Assembly (NCBI GenBank): GCA_038874655.1
Contig: JAVZBY010000001.1
Coordinates: 68,997-132,996 of the forward strand
Reading direction: 5' to 3'
Length of the DNA: 64,000 nt
From: Candidatus Woesearchaeota archaeon
GTDB taxonomy: Archaea; Nanobdellota; Nanobdellia; Woesearchaeales; GW2011-AR15
Shown piece after piece: positions 41,063-50,612 of the stretch. A program made the translations under genes and the position numbers. The notes beneath the pieces are model-generated. The model worked only from the letters and a program-made list of their open reading frames with translations. It was not told the DNA's origin and made no database searches. Within the stretch, counting starts at the first letter, position 1. Each line of letters opens with the position of its first letter.

Positions 41063-41752
41063 TTAACCCCATGCATCAAGAATAATATTTTCTTCTTTAA
41101 TTCCTAAGTTTAATAATGCATTTTTTATATTTGTTAGCATAATTGGTGGACCACATAAAAAATAATCCTTATTTTGTAAATCATTAAAAGTCGCTTCTTT
41201 TATAAAATTAGAATCTATAAAACCTGTATGAAATTTCCATGATTCATCTGGCTTATCAACTGTTAAAAAAAGTTTAAAATTAGGATTACTTAAGAAAGAA
41301 TGAAATTCCTCATTAAAAAGTATATCTTTTGGTGATCTTGCTCCATAAATTAAGGTTATTTTTGTATTTAAGTTTAAATCTATAGAGTATTTTATCATAG
41401 ACCTAAAAGGTGTTACTCCTGAACCACCACCTATGAAAACAACATTTTGTTTGTTTTCCATAGTAAATTTACCAAAGGGTGCATTAAAAGTGAGAGTATC
41501 ACCTATATTTAAATTAAATAAATATGTTGTCATTTTTCCATTTGGAATTAGTCTAACTGTAATTGCTAAATGCTTCTCAGTCGGAGAACTTGAAAAAGAA
41601 TAAGATCTTCTTATTATCTCTGAGTCAGTTTTGTGCTCAAAAATTCCATATTGACCTGCTTTATAAGTAAAGTTTTCTGGTTTTTCAAAGTAAAATGTTT
41701 TTGTGTCATGTGTTTCTTGTTTTATATTAATTATTTTGCTTGTGTATGGCAT
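41063..41752 (-). CDS. FAD/NAD(P)-binding oxidoreductase (ferredoxin-NADP reductase-like)
   Basis: GQY, RSYSFSS, G.MT, PFGKF, GGSGVTPF, LCGPP.M. Confidence 0.9.
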   Translation of the reverse strand: MPYTSKIINIKQETHDTKTFYFEKPENFTYKAGQYGIFEHKTDSEIIRRSYSFSSSPTEKHLAITVRLIPNGKMTTYLFNLNIGDTLTFNAPFGKFTMENKQNVVFIGGGSGVTPFRSMIKYSIDLNLNTKITLIYGARSPKDILFNEEFHSFLSNPNFKLFLTVDKPDESWKFHTGFIDSNFIKEATFNDLQNKDYFLCGPPIMLTNIKNALLNLGIKEENIILDAWG

Positions 41753-41804
41753 TTTTTACCTCTTTTTACATATTTTTATATATGTTCTTTTATTATTTTT
41801 TGTT

Positions 41805-42548
41805 ATGGATAGATATTTAAGACAAAGAGTATATAAAAATATCGGTAATAAACAAGAGTTAATTAGAAAAACAAGTGTTTGCATTATTGGTTTAGGTGCT
41901 TTAGGAAGTGTTTGTGCTGATTTATTAACAAGAGCAGGAATTGGCAAATTATATTTGTTTGATTATGAAAAGGTTGAATTAATAAATTTACAAAGGCAGT
42001 TTTATGATGAAAAAGATGTCGGAAAATTTAAGATTTATGCTACAAAAAAAAGATTAAAAAAAATAAATTCTGATGTTGAAATTTTTGCTTATAACAAAAG
42101 AATTAATGAAAAAAATTTAGATTTAATTGAAAAAACTAAAGCTGGTATTATTTTAGTTTGTACTGATGATATGGCTACAAGGTTTTTATTAAATGAATAT
42201 TGTATTTATAAAAAAAAGGTTTTTATTACTGGCTTAGTAAGTGGTTCAAAAGGATATTTAATGAAAGTTGATAATAGATTCAGAAGTAAAAAAATAAAAG
42301 AACATAAGGATTTTCCTTGTTTTAATTGTGTTTTTAAAAAAGAATCTTGTTTTAATTGCCAAAATCAAGGAATTTTGAATTCTTTGTCTGTTATGATTAG
42401 TGGTTTAATAGTTAATGAAACAATAAAAAGTATTGTTATTGATAAAGAAAAAAGAGAAAATTTTGTTCTTTTAAGTTTTGAAATATGGAATAATGAATTT
42501 GATAGGATAAATGTAAAAAGTAAATGTGAATTACATAGCAAAAATTAA
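41805..42548 (+). CDS. ThiF/MoeB/UbaA family E1-like adenylyltransferase
   Basis: RY.RQ, GLGALG, D...V...NLQRQ, CTDD..TR, PCFNC; start moved to MDRY (41805) to avoid overlap with the divergent gene. Confidence 0.88.
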   Translation: MDRYLRQRVYKNIGNKQELIRKTSVCIIGLGALGSVCADLLTRAGIGKLYLFDYEKVELINLQRQFYDEKDVGKFKIYATKKRLKKINSDVEIFAYNKRINEKNLDLIEKTKAGIILVCTDDMATRFLLNEYCIYKKKVFITGLVSGSKGYLMKVDNRFRSKKIKEHKDFPCFNCVFKKESCFNCQNQGILNSLSVMISGLIVNETIKSIVIDKEKRENFVLLSFEIWNNEFDRINVKSKCELHSKN

Positions 42549-42552
42549 AATA

Positions 42553-43485
42553 TTAAACCACACTTTTAATATTTTTCTTAATTATTTCTGCTGATTTTTT
42601 TAATGCTTTTATTTCTGTTTTGTCTAATGGAATTTTTAATTTTTTTATTATTCCTTGTCTGCTTAATACAACAGGAATGCTTAAACATACATCATTTACA
42701 CCATAGTAATCTTTTAATAATGTAGATAAAGGCAAGACTTCATGCTGATCTGTTAGTATTGTTCTAACTATTTTTGTTATTGCTAAGCCAATTGCGTAAT
42801 ATGTTGCTCCTTTTCTAGATATTATCTCATAAGCTGCATTTTTTGTTTTTTGAAATATTTCATCTAATTTTTTTTTATCATATTTCTCAAATTTTTTTAA
42901 AGGTATTCCTGCTATATTAGCAGAACTCCAAACAGGAAATTCACTATCCCCGTGTTCACCTAAGATATAAGCATGGATACTTTGAGGATTTACTTTATAA
43001 TATTCCGATAAATTATGCGTAAATCTTGCAGTATCCAATATTGTTCCTGTGCCAAAAACCTTATTAGGTGTAAATCTAGATAATTTTAATGCTAAATAGG
43101 TCATTACATCTAAAGGATTAGTAACCATTAATAGTATAGCATTTTTATTATACTTTACTATTTCTGGAATTATTTCCTTCATAATTGCTGCATTTTTCTT
43201 TGTTAAATCAAGCCTTGTTTCTCCTGGTTTTTGATTTGCACCTGCTGTTATTACAATAATGTCTGCATTTTCACATAATTTGTAATCAGAGCCATAATTT
43301 ACTTTAGTATATTTTGAAAATAACATTCCATGAACTAAATCTAAAGCTTCACCTTGTGCTTTTTCTTTTTTAACATCAATTATTGAAATTTCAGAAGCAA
43401 TGCCATCAATAAATAATGCATATGCAGCTGTAGAACCAACAAACCCAGCACCAATTATAGCAATTTTTGTCTTATCATATTCCAT
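42553..43485 (-). CDS. ldh: L-lactate dehydrogenase
   Basis: GAGFVG, AGANQKPGETRLDL (Gln, LDH-type), NPLD, LDTARF, GEHGDS, KGATYY. Confidence 0.93.
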   Translation of the reverse strand: MEYDKTKIAIIGAGFVGSTAAYALFIDGIASEISIIDVKKEKAQGEALDLVHGMLFSKYTKVNYGSDYKLCENADIIVITAGANQKPGETRLDLTKKNAAIMKEIIPEIVKYNKNAILLMVTNPLDVMTYLALKLSRFTPNKVFGTGTILDTARFTHNLSEYYKVNPQSIHAYILGEHGDSEFPVWSSANIAGIPLKKFEKYDKKKLDEIFQKTKNAAYEIISRKGATYYAIGLAITKIVRTILTDQHEVLPLSTLLKDYYGVNDVCLSIPVVLSRQGIIKKLKIPLDKTEIKALKKSAEIIKKNIKSVV

Positions 43486-43574
43486 TTTATACCTCTTTTA
43501 ATATTTTTTTAATTATTAAAAAAAGTAATTCCTAGAAACTATAATATTTAATTTATAGTTTAAAAAAATTTTGT

Positions 43575-44498
43575 TTAATTTGTTTTACTTAATTCTTTAT
43601 CAATTATTTCTTTGAAATATGCATAAGGTTTATTTCCAACTACGATTTTGTCGTTTATAAAAAAGGTTGGTGTCCCATATAAGCCATTTGCTCTTGCTTC
43701 TTCATAAGTTTGGTTTATTTCATTTTCATATGTTCTTTGTTCTAAACAAGTGTCAAATGATTGATTTAATTTTATATTTTTTGCTAGTGTTTTTAAATCA
43801 TCTATTGTAAGATTTTTTTCTTGATTTTCAAATAATAAATTGTGATACTCTAAGAATTTTCCTAAAGAGGCAGCACACTTTGCTGCATTTGACCTTAGTA
43901 AAGAGGTTTCATGTTCTTTTATTGGAAAATCTCTGTAAATAAATTTTATTTTTGTTCCGTAATTTTTTAAAATCTCATTAACAATTGGTTGCGCTTTTTT
44001 TGTATAAGAACATGAATAACAACCATATTCAATAATTATTAATTTTGCTAAGGGGTTTCCTAAAATAATATCGTTTTTATTTTCTTTAGGAATGAATTTT
44101 ATTTCTTGTTTTTTTATATTTGGATCTTCGCATGTTGCTTCATTTGGATGTATTGCATCAAATATACAAAACTCATTAGAATTTTGACCATTACAATTGC
44201 CATAAATTATGTAAAAGTAAATTCCTCTTACAGAAAAAACAATAGATGCGATCATTAAAATTGTAAAAATCCATGATAATATTTCAAAATTTTTAGCAAC
44301 GAATTTTGCTATTTTTGTATTTCTTTTAGAGAAAAACACAATAATATCTGTTTTTACTTTTTGATCTAAGCCGGATTGACATGGTCTTAAAGTTATTCTT
44401 CTAAAAACACAATCAAATGCTTTAGCTGCTAATTTTCTATGTGTTGCACTAAAAATTCCTAAAATACTAAATACAATTAAAGCTAGTAAACAAATCAT
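43575..44498 (-). CDS. Membrane-anchored DsbA/thioredoxin-fold protein
   Basis: N-terminal TMs; G...A...IIEY.CYSCSYT, YRDFP, GTPTFFIN. Confidence 0.85.
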   Translation of the reverse strand: MICLLALIVFSILGIFSATHRKLAAKAFDCVFRRITLRPCQSGLDQKVKTDIIVFFSKRNTKIAKFVAKNFEILSWIFTILMIASIVFSVRGIYFYIIYGNCNGQNSNEFCIFDAIHPNEATCEDPNIKKQEIKFIPKENKNDIILGNPLAKLIIIEYGCYSCSYTKKAQPIVNEILKNYGTKIKFIYRDFPIKEHETSLLRSNAAKCAASLGKFLEYHNLLFENQEKNLTIDDLKTLAKNIKLNQSFDTCLEQRTYENEINQTYEEARANGLYGTPTFFINDKIVVGNKPYAYFKEIIDKELSKTN

Positions 44499-44571
44499 AA
44501 TTGTTTTGAAATGAAAAAGATTTTAATAGTTTTTGCTTAAAAATCTTTTTTAGTAAAATAAAGATTTTTAT

Positions 44572-44985
44572 TTAAGCTTTATCTATTTTTTCTTTTTCTT
44601 CTAGAACTTTATTTAATATTTTTTCTGCTGAGTTTATGCTTTCTTCAGCGTCTTCTAAATCATAAAAATCAACTGGAGTTTGATCTGGTAAAGCATCTGG
44701 ATATCTTGTTGCTAAATAATTACTATCCAATCTTTTTGCATCTTTTTTAAAATCTAAAAAATCTTTATTATATTCTGAGCATACTTGAATTAATAAAACA
44801 ATTGAATGTGTAATTAAGTCTCTTTTTCCTTTTAAGTATAAAAATGCTTTTAGTGCTTTTTCGGCTGATTGCTGTGATAAAAAACATGAATTATATGGAA
44901 ATTCTTTTTTGTTAGCTTTTGCTGCATTTAAATCTGCTATTGCCTGTTTTAACCATTTATTGAATTCATTTAAGTTTTTATTCAT
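44572..44985 (-). CDS. HEPN domain protein
   Basis: W...A..DL..A, CF.SQQ.AEKALKA, TH, Y...RYPD. Confidence 0.9.
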   Translation of the reverse strand: MNKNLNEFNKWLKQAIADLNAAKANKKEFPYNSCFLSQQSAEKALKAFLYLKGKRDLITHSIVLLIQVCSEYNKDFLDFKKDAKRLDSNYLATRYPDALPDQTPVDFYDLEDAEESINSAEKILNKVLEEKEKIDKA

Positions 44986-45299
44986 AGCTCAATACCCTCA
45001 TTAAGTGCTTTTTCTATTAGTTTATTTGATTTTTTAAATTCTTCTGGTGTATAAACAAAAACATCAATTGGAATATCATATTCAATTTTATTTAAAACTT
45101 CTTCTGTTCTTTTATTAAATTTTTTATCTGTCTCTTTTATTATTAAAAGGTCAATGTCTGATTTTTCATTCTCTGTTCCCTTAGCATAACTGCCAAAAAG
45201 GATTATTTTTTCAGGATTGTATTTTTTTTTTATTTGATATACAATGTTTTTTATTTTGCTATTATTTAATATTTTTTTTTTATTTAATTTAACGGACAT
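44982..45299 (-). CDS. Minimal nucleotidyltransferase (MNT), MNT-HEPN pair
   Basis: ILFGSYAKG....SDIDLL, D..VYTPEE; 4-bp overlap with HEPN gene. Confidence 0.9.
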   Translation of the reverse strand: MSVKLNKKKILNNSKIKNIVYQIKKKYNPEKIILFGSYAKGTENEKSDIDLLIIKETDKKFNKRTEEVLNKIEYDIPIDVFVYTPEEFKKSNKLIEKALNEGIEL

Positions 45300-45395
45300 A
45301 TTCTTTTATATGTATTAGATATATAAAAAGGTTATTTTTATTTTTTGTTTGTAAAAAAACAAAGGTTTTATACTAAATAGAATTATTTTTTTATT

Positions 45396-45788
45396 ATGCG
45401 AATTTATGTATTCGGCAATTTGCTTTATGAAAAAGATTCTTTACCTATAAAGCTAATTCATTTATTGAAAAAAGAATTTCCTAAGATTGAGTTTATTGAA
45501 TTTGAACCTACTGAAGGGATTGAAACATTAAAAGAAAAGAATTTGATTATAATTGACACAATTCAAGGAATAAATGATGTTGTTTTATTTAAGGAAATTG
45601 AAAAAATAAAAACAGAATCTATTGTTTCTTTACATGATTTTGATTTGGGTTATAATTTGAAATTGTTGAAAAAGTTTGGGTTAATTGAAAATGTGTTTAT
45701 TATAGGTGTGCCTGAAAATATTGAAGTAAATATGGCAATTGAAAAAATAAAAAGTATTTTGATTAAGCTATCTTTAAATATATTTTAA
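45396..45788 (+). CDS. Hydrogenase maturation protease-like protein
   Basis: VFGN.L...D, IIID, SLHD, IIGVP; near hydrogenase genes. Confidence 0.7.
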   Translation: MRIYVFGNLLYEKDSLPIKLIHLLKKEFPKIEFIEFEPTEGIETLKEKNLIIIDTIQGINDVVLFKEIEKIKTESIVSLHDFDLGYNLKLLKKFGLIENVFIIGVPENIEVNMAIEKIKSILIKLSLNIF

Positions 45789-46038
45789 ATATTTCACTTG
45801 TATGTCCAAAGTTGTCTCCAATATAAATACTTTTGCCTTTTTGCATAAATTCTAAAATATTATTTTCATTCAAATTGTTCATATGAGAAAGAATATCGGC
45901 AGGAGCATTTCCAAATCCTTTAACTCTACCTTTTAATTGAACACCTCCCCCTTGGATTTTTTCTGCTTGAATATTGTTTTTTTCTGCTGTTAATAAATAC
46001 CATGAACCACTTTGTGTTAAAATCAAAAATTCTTTCAT
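45763..46038 (-). CDS. Hypothetical protein
   Basis: 91 aa ORF with strong GGGTGAT RBS, downstream of hydrogenase large subunit. Confidence 0.65.
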   Translation of the reverse strand: MKEFLILTQSGSWYLLTAEKNNIQAEKIQGGGVQLKGRVKGFGNAPADILSHMNNLNENNILEFMQKGKSIYIGDNFGHTSEIFKIYLKIA

Positions 46039-46092
46039 AATATCACCCTTATTTTTAAATTATTTAGTTTATTTAAATATTTTTTAAAAAAC

Positions 46093-47382
46093 TTAGAGCC
46101 AATTAATCTTTAAAAAGTGTGTTGCACAGCTCATACAAGGATCATAAGCTCTAATTATTTTTTCTATTTCTAAAGCCATTTTTTCTTTATCTATGTCTAA
46201 ATTATTTTCTACAAATGTCTTTATGTCGTTTTCAATGTTTATTTGATTTTGCTGTGTTGGAACAATGACATCCGCATGCTCAATTAACCCATTTTCTGCT
46301 ATATCAACTTTATAGTAAAGTGTGCCTCTTGGAGCTTCAATTACACCAATTCCTGAAGATTTTTTTGGTTTTAATATTGTAAGTTTTTCTGGTTCAAAAT
46401 TAGTATTTTCTAATATTTCTATACTATGGTCTATAGAATGCAGAATTTCTATTGCTTGTGCTAAATTGTTATGAAATATATTCTTGCTTGGGAATAATTT
46501 TAAGTATTTTTCAGCGTCTTTTTTTGTGTTCGGATGCAAGGCCTCTTTGTTTAAATTTAATCTTGCTAAAGAGCCTACAAAATAATTACCTTCTTCAAAT
46601 TTATAGCCTGTTGCAGTTGAATAAGGAATAATTGTTTTTTCTAAATAGTGTGCATAATCTTTTTGTTGAATAATTCTTCCATTACTTGTTTTTAAATTTC
46701 CACCTATAAAACTAAAATCTGGATTTATTTGTGCTATAAAAGTTGTTTCTCTTTCTAAATTTGCATTCCAATTTTCAAAAACTGCCATAATATTAAAAAC
46801 ATGTTTTCTAACTTTTTTTAATTCTTCAATTGATTTTTTTATTCCTTCTTTGTCTGGAAAATGCGTAAAGCCTGAAATCATTGGATAAGGTGCATGAACT
46901 GCTTTTCCTGCAATTAACTTTGATAAATTATTACCTGCTGCTTTTAATTCAAATGCTTGGTGAACTAAATCATGTTGCAAAGGATCATTCTCATCAAAAT
47001 CTAAGACAGAATCTTTTCCTAAAACATCAGGTAATGAAAAAAAATAAAGATGTAATGCATGATCTCTTATCATTAAACTATACATAGTTAATTTTCTTAA
47101 TATTTTTGTTTGTTCACTTGGTTTAAAGTCTAATGCATTTTCTATTGCTTCTATACAGCAAATAAGATGGGCAATACTACATGTGCCACATATTCTTGAC
47201 ATTAATGATGGAGCAGAAATAAATGGTTTTCCTTCTATTGCTGTTGTATAAAATCTTTTATTTTCTGTTATTTTAAAATGTATGTATTCAACTTTTCCAT
47301 TTTTAACTTTTAAATCTAATTCACCATGACCTTCAATTTTAGATAAATGATCTATGGATAAATCAAAATCAATATTATGCAT
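46093..47382 (-). CDS. NiFe hydrogenase large subunit (group 3-like)
   Basis: KIEGHG, L1 RICGTCSIAH, EAPRG.L, L2 DPCMSCATH plus 7-aa C-terminal extension. Confidence 0.93.
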   Translation of the reverse strand: MHNIDFDLSIDHLSKIEGHGELDLKVKNGKVEYIHFKITENKRFYTTAIEGKPFISAPSLMSRICGTCSIAHLICCIEAIENALDFKPSEQTKILRKLTMYSLMIRDHALHLYFFSLPDVLGKDSVLDFDENDPLQHDLVHQAFELKAAGNNLSKLIAGKAVHAPYPMISGFTHFPDKEGIKKSIEELKKVRKHVFNIMAVFENWNANLERETTFIAQINPDFSFIGGNLKTSNGRIIQQKDYAHYLEKTIIPYSTATGYKFEEGNYFVGSLARLNLNKEALHPNTKKDAEKYLKLFPSKNIFHNNLAQAIEILHSIDHSIEILENTNFEPEKLTILKPKKSSGIGVIEAPRGTLYYKVDIAENGLIEHADVIVPTQQNQINIENDIKTFVENNLDIDKEKMALEIEKIIRAYDPCMSCATHFLKINWL

Positions 47383-47413
47383 TTTATCACCTTTTCTTAT
47401 TTAAATTAATATT

Positions 47414-47899
47414 TTAATCAATAATATTGAATTCTTTCAAATACTTGTTTAATACTTCTAAGAATTTTTCTTCGCTCATAGGACAACCATCAACAAAATC
47501 ATCAACAGTAATTACTTCTTTTAAGGATTTAACTTTTTTATGCAATCCCCATCTTAATATATAGGGTTCAATTTTTTTTAATTTTTCTTCAGAAAACTCA
47601 TTTCTTTGTGCGCTGGGATTGCCTTTGACTGCACAAGAGCCAATAGCAACAACTTTTTTTGAAACTTCTCTTATTTTTTTTACTTGTTCTTCATCAATAG
47701 GATTAGCAATTGCTCCTTCAATAAACGCAACATCTATATCAGAAAGTTCGTTTTTTGATTTTAAAACGCGAGCATGCTTAAATTCAAGTAGGTTTCTCCA
47801 TTTTTCATAATTGTCATTCATAAGTTCAATAAAAACTATTGTTGAATCTTCACAACAAGAAAAAGAAAACCAACCAATTTTTAGTTTTTTATTTGTCAT
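47414..47899 (-). CDS. NiFe hydrogenase small subunit, proximal-cluster domain only
   Basis: FSCCEDS, EGAI, AIGSCA..G, VDGCP; no C-terminal cluster domain. Confidence 0.85.
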   Translation of the reverse strand: MTNKKLKIGWFSFSCCEDSTIVFIELMNDNYEKWRNLLEFKHARVLKSKNELSDIDVAFIEGAIANPIDEEQVKKIREVSKKVVAIGSCAVKGNPSAQRNEFSEEKLKKIEPYILRWGLHKKVKSLKEVITVDDFVDGCPMSEEKFLEVLNKYLKEFNIID

Positions 47900-47934
47900 A
47901 AAGAAATTCAAAAAAAGAGAGTTTATAAAATTTT

Positions 47935-48660
47935 TTATTCTAACTCACTAAACTCTTGTTTTTTATCTATATCTTTTTTTTCCTCTTCTTTAATTATTTC
48001 ATTTTTTTCTGTTTTATTTTCTTTTTGTTCTGATTCTTCTGTTTTTTCGTTTAATTTTTCATTTACCGATTCTTGTAATGTTTGTTGGTTAGTTTGGATT
48101 AGATTATCCTGTTTATTTAATTGACTAATTTCATATTTTTGTATGTTTTTATCAACAACTCTTTTGAAAACATCTTTTATGTCTTTCACACCATCAATAT
48201 CAAAATAATCATAAAATTTATCTGTTAATTTTAATATAAAAGAGCGACCTTTTTTTTCTTTTTTTATAAAACCAAGTTCTTCTAATTCTTCAATATGATC
48301 ATATGCTTTGTTATGTCTTATTTGTATTATTTCTGATTGCTTAGCTGGATTTTTCCAAGCAATTACTGCTAAAGTTTCTAAGATTGTTTTTGGCAATTCT
48401 GTTTCTGAAACAATTTTTCTAACTAATGGCAAATATTGCTCTCTTACTGTTAATTTAAATCCATCTTTTTCTTCAACTATCATTAATGGACTTTCTCTTG
48501 AATCATATTCACCTTTTAATTGATTTATGATTTCTATTATTATTTCTTTATTTTCTGCTTTTGTTAAATTCATTAAAGTTTCAATAGACATATATCTACC
48601 TGAAGCAAATAACAATGCTTCAATCATATTTTTATAATTTTTATCTTTTTGATTGGGCAT
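47935..48660 (-). CDS. scpB: SMC-Scp complex subunit ScpB
   Basis: IEALLFASG, LETLAVIAW..P...EI..IR, T..F..YF. Confidence 0.92.
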   Translation of the reverse strand: MPNQKDKNYKNMIEALLFASGRYMSIETLMNLTKAENKEIIIEIINQLKGEYDSRESPLMIVEEKDGFKLTVREQYLPLVRKIVSETELPKTILETLAVIAWKNPAKQSEIIQIRHNKAYDHIEELEELGFIKKEKKGRSFILKLTDKFYDYFDIDGVKDIKDVFKRVVDKNIQKYEISQLNKQDNLIQTNQQTLQESVNEKLNEKTEESEQKENKTEKNEIIKEEEKKDIDKKQEFSELE

Positions 48661-48709
48661 TTTTAGTTATTTTTTATAAATTTTTCATAAATTTATTTGT
48701 TTTTTAATT

Positions 48710-49348
48710 TTATTTATTTTTGTGGACAACAACTTTATAAAAATTATCTTTTTTTTCCACTTTCTTTTCAGTTATTAATACATTTAAAACTTTTTCTATG
48801 TCCTCTTTTTTAACACCCATATAGGCATTTAATTCATCTAAAGTCATAGGTTTATTGCTTAATAAGACAATTAAAAAGTTTCTCAATAAAACTGCTGTGT
48901 TTTTTATGTAAAAGAGATTAGATTCCTTTAATTGCAATACAGAATTATTAAAAGAGATGTTTCTTGCCAATAAGTCATTTAAAAAATTTGTAAAATCAAA
49001 ATTTTTTAATAATATTGTTTCAGGTTCTATAATTTCAATACTTGATGGCATATAGTCATATATAAAATCTAGTATAGACTTTGTGTTTTTAAAAAGAATT
49101 TCTAATTCTGAGAATGCACTAAACAAATTATTTTCATTTTCTATTGCTTCTTCAGTGTCTTCTTTTGTGATAATATAGTTTTTATTTTCTTCAATCTTTT
49201 TTAAATATTCTTTTAAACTATCTTCAACATAATCTCTTGGTTTTCCTACTATCTCTAAAACAACTCTAGAATAGATATAGCCTTCATTAATTTTTGATTT
49301 TATTTCTTTTTCATCAACAACTTTTTTAGATTTTTTTATTTTTGACAT
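48710..49348 (-). CDS. Conserved archaeal hypothetical protein
   Basis: EIVGKP...VE..L, FSAF.E.E, YMPSSIEIIEP; C-terminal HTH-like segment. Confidence 0.75.
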   Translation of the reverse strand: MSKIKKSKKVVDEKEIKSKINEGYIYSRVVLEIVGKPRDYVEDSLKEYLKKIEENKNYIITKEDTEEAIENENNLFSAFSELEILFKNTKSILDFIYDYMPSSIEIIEPETILLKNFDFTNFLNDLLARNISFNNSVLQLKESNLFYIKNTAVLLRNFLIVLLSNKPMTLDELNAYMGVKKEDIEKVLNVLITEKKVEKKDNFYKVVVHKNK

Positions 49349-49400
49349 AAGTTTAATAAAAAAGATAAATATTTATATTGTTTTCTTTTAGAAAAGAAAA

Positions 49401-49440
49401 GATATTTAAGAAATACATTTGATATTTAAGAAATACATTT
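49401..49440. repeat. Perfect 20-bp tandem duplication
   Basis: GATATTTAAGAAATACATTT x2. Confidence 0.9.
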
Positions 49441-49451
49441 TAAAAAATTTA

Positions 49452-50312
49452 TTATTTGTTTGCAAAGGATTTACTAATTCTTTGAGACCAAAATGAAGGA
49501 AGTTCTGCTTTGACAAATCCCCTAAATGTGTCTGAATAAATATAAGCTATGTATTTATCATCAAATTCTTCAAAGCCAGGATTTATTATTTTATATATAT
49601 CCTGTATTTTTTTTCTTTCAAAATCTAATTGAAGTAAAGATGATTTTTTGAAAATTAAGTAATCTGCTTGTCTTATAATGTCAATATCTAAATTTGCCGA
49701 GTTTTGTGATATAAACAATATGCTTAAATTTTTATGCCTGGAAATTAAAATTAGATCTGATAGCATTTTATTTGCTCTTGACATTGAATCACGAGAGCTA
49801 AATAAAACACCTCCCTCATCAATTAAAACAAATGAATTGTTTTTTATTTGACTTATATCCTGAACTACATTTATCCAGGAAGGCATATCCTCTTCATTAA
49901 ATCCTATTGCATAACAATTTTTTTTTGTTTTTGAATAAAGGTTTTCTAGAAATTTTATACCAAATGCTGATTTTCCAGACCCTCTTGAACCTAAGATAAT
50001 ACCTATTTTACTATCTGAAGTAAAAAGTTCATTCTCAAATTTTAGATAGTCCCCATGATCTGTTTTTATTATTTGAAAAGGTATATAGATTGGTAGAATG
50101 CTTTTTCTTTTATTTGATATCTGTATTTTTACTTTTTTTTCTTGTATTTGGTTATAAATTTTTTTACTAGTTTGAAACAAAAAAATAGGAATTTTTATTA
50201 TAAATATTAAAAAAAATGAGATAATTTTGAAAATTGAAAACATAATATTTATTGCTATGTTTTTTTTAGGTTTATTGTCAATTTTTTTGTTTTTTTGCTT
50301 GTTTTTTTGCAT
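49452..50312 (-). CDS. Membrane-anchored P-loop ATPase (Zot/FtsK-HerA superfamily-like)
   Basis: N-terminal TM; GSRGSGKS, VLIDEG, SRH.....LFISQ, D..I.RQAD. Confidence 0.72.
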   Translation of the reverse strand: MQKNKQKNKKIDNKPKKNIAINIMFSIFKIISFFLIFIIKIPIFLFQTSKKIYNQIQEKKVKIQISNKRKSILPIYIPFQIIKTDHGDYLKFENELFTSDSKIGIILGSRGSGKSAFGIKFLENLYSKTKKNCYAIGFNEEDMPSWINVVQDISQIKNNSFVLIDEGGVLFSSRDSMSRANKMLSDLILISRHKNLSILFISQNSANLDIDIIRQADYLIFKKSSLLQLDFERKKIQDIYKIINPGFEEFDDKYIAYIYSDTFRGFVKAELPSFWSQRISKSFANK

Positions 50313-50417
50313 TTTATTATATGGAATAATTCTTCAAAGTTTTTAAAATTTTATAATATTTTTTTAATTATTTGCAAAAAGAGTAATTTTTTATAAACGA
50401 ATTCTTTTTGCTTTTTT

Positions 50418-50612
50418 ATGGATATATATTTAGAAAGAGAAAATAAAAAAATAAATATAAAATTTAAAGGTAAGGTTAAAGATTTATTAAAAAGGCTTAA
50501 TTTAAATAGTGAAGAGGTTTTGGTAGTAAAAGGTGAGGATTTACTTAATGAAGATGATATTTTAAATGATAATGATAAAGTCAAGATTATGAGTGTTGTC
50601 AGTGGTGGTTAA
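50418..50612 (+). CDS. Ubiquitin-like sulfur carrier (MoaD/ThiS/SAMP)
   Basis: 64 aa beta-grasp pattern, C-terminal VVSGG; directly upstream of TtuA-like gene. Confidence 0.9.
   Translation: MDIYLERENKKINIKFKGKVKDLLKRLNLNSEEVLVVKGEDLLNEDDILNDNDKVKIMSVVSGG

Noticed and set aside
41703-41804. N-terminal extension of the ThiF ORF in the ORF track
   Set aside because: Overlaps the divergent oxidoreductase start; family similarity begins at MDRY (41805)
44572-45299. MNT-HEPN pair as a novel system
   Set aside because: Common, well-described archaeal module
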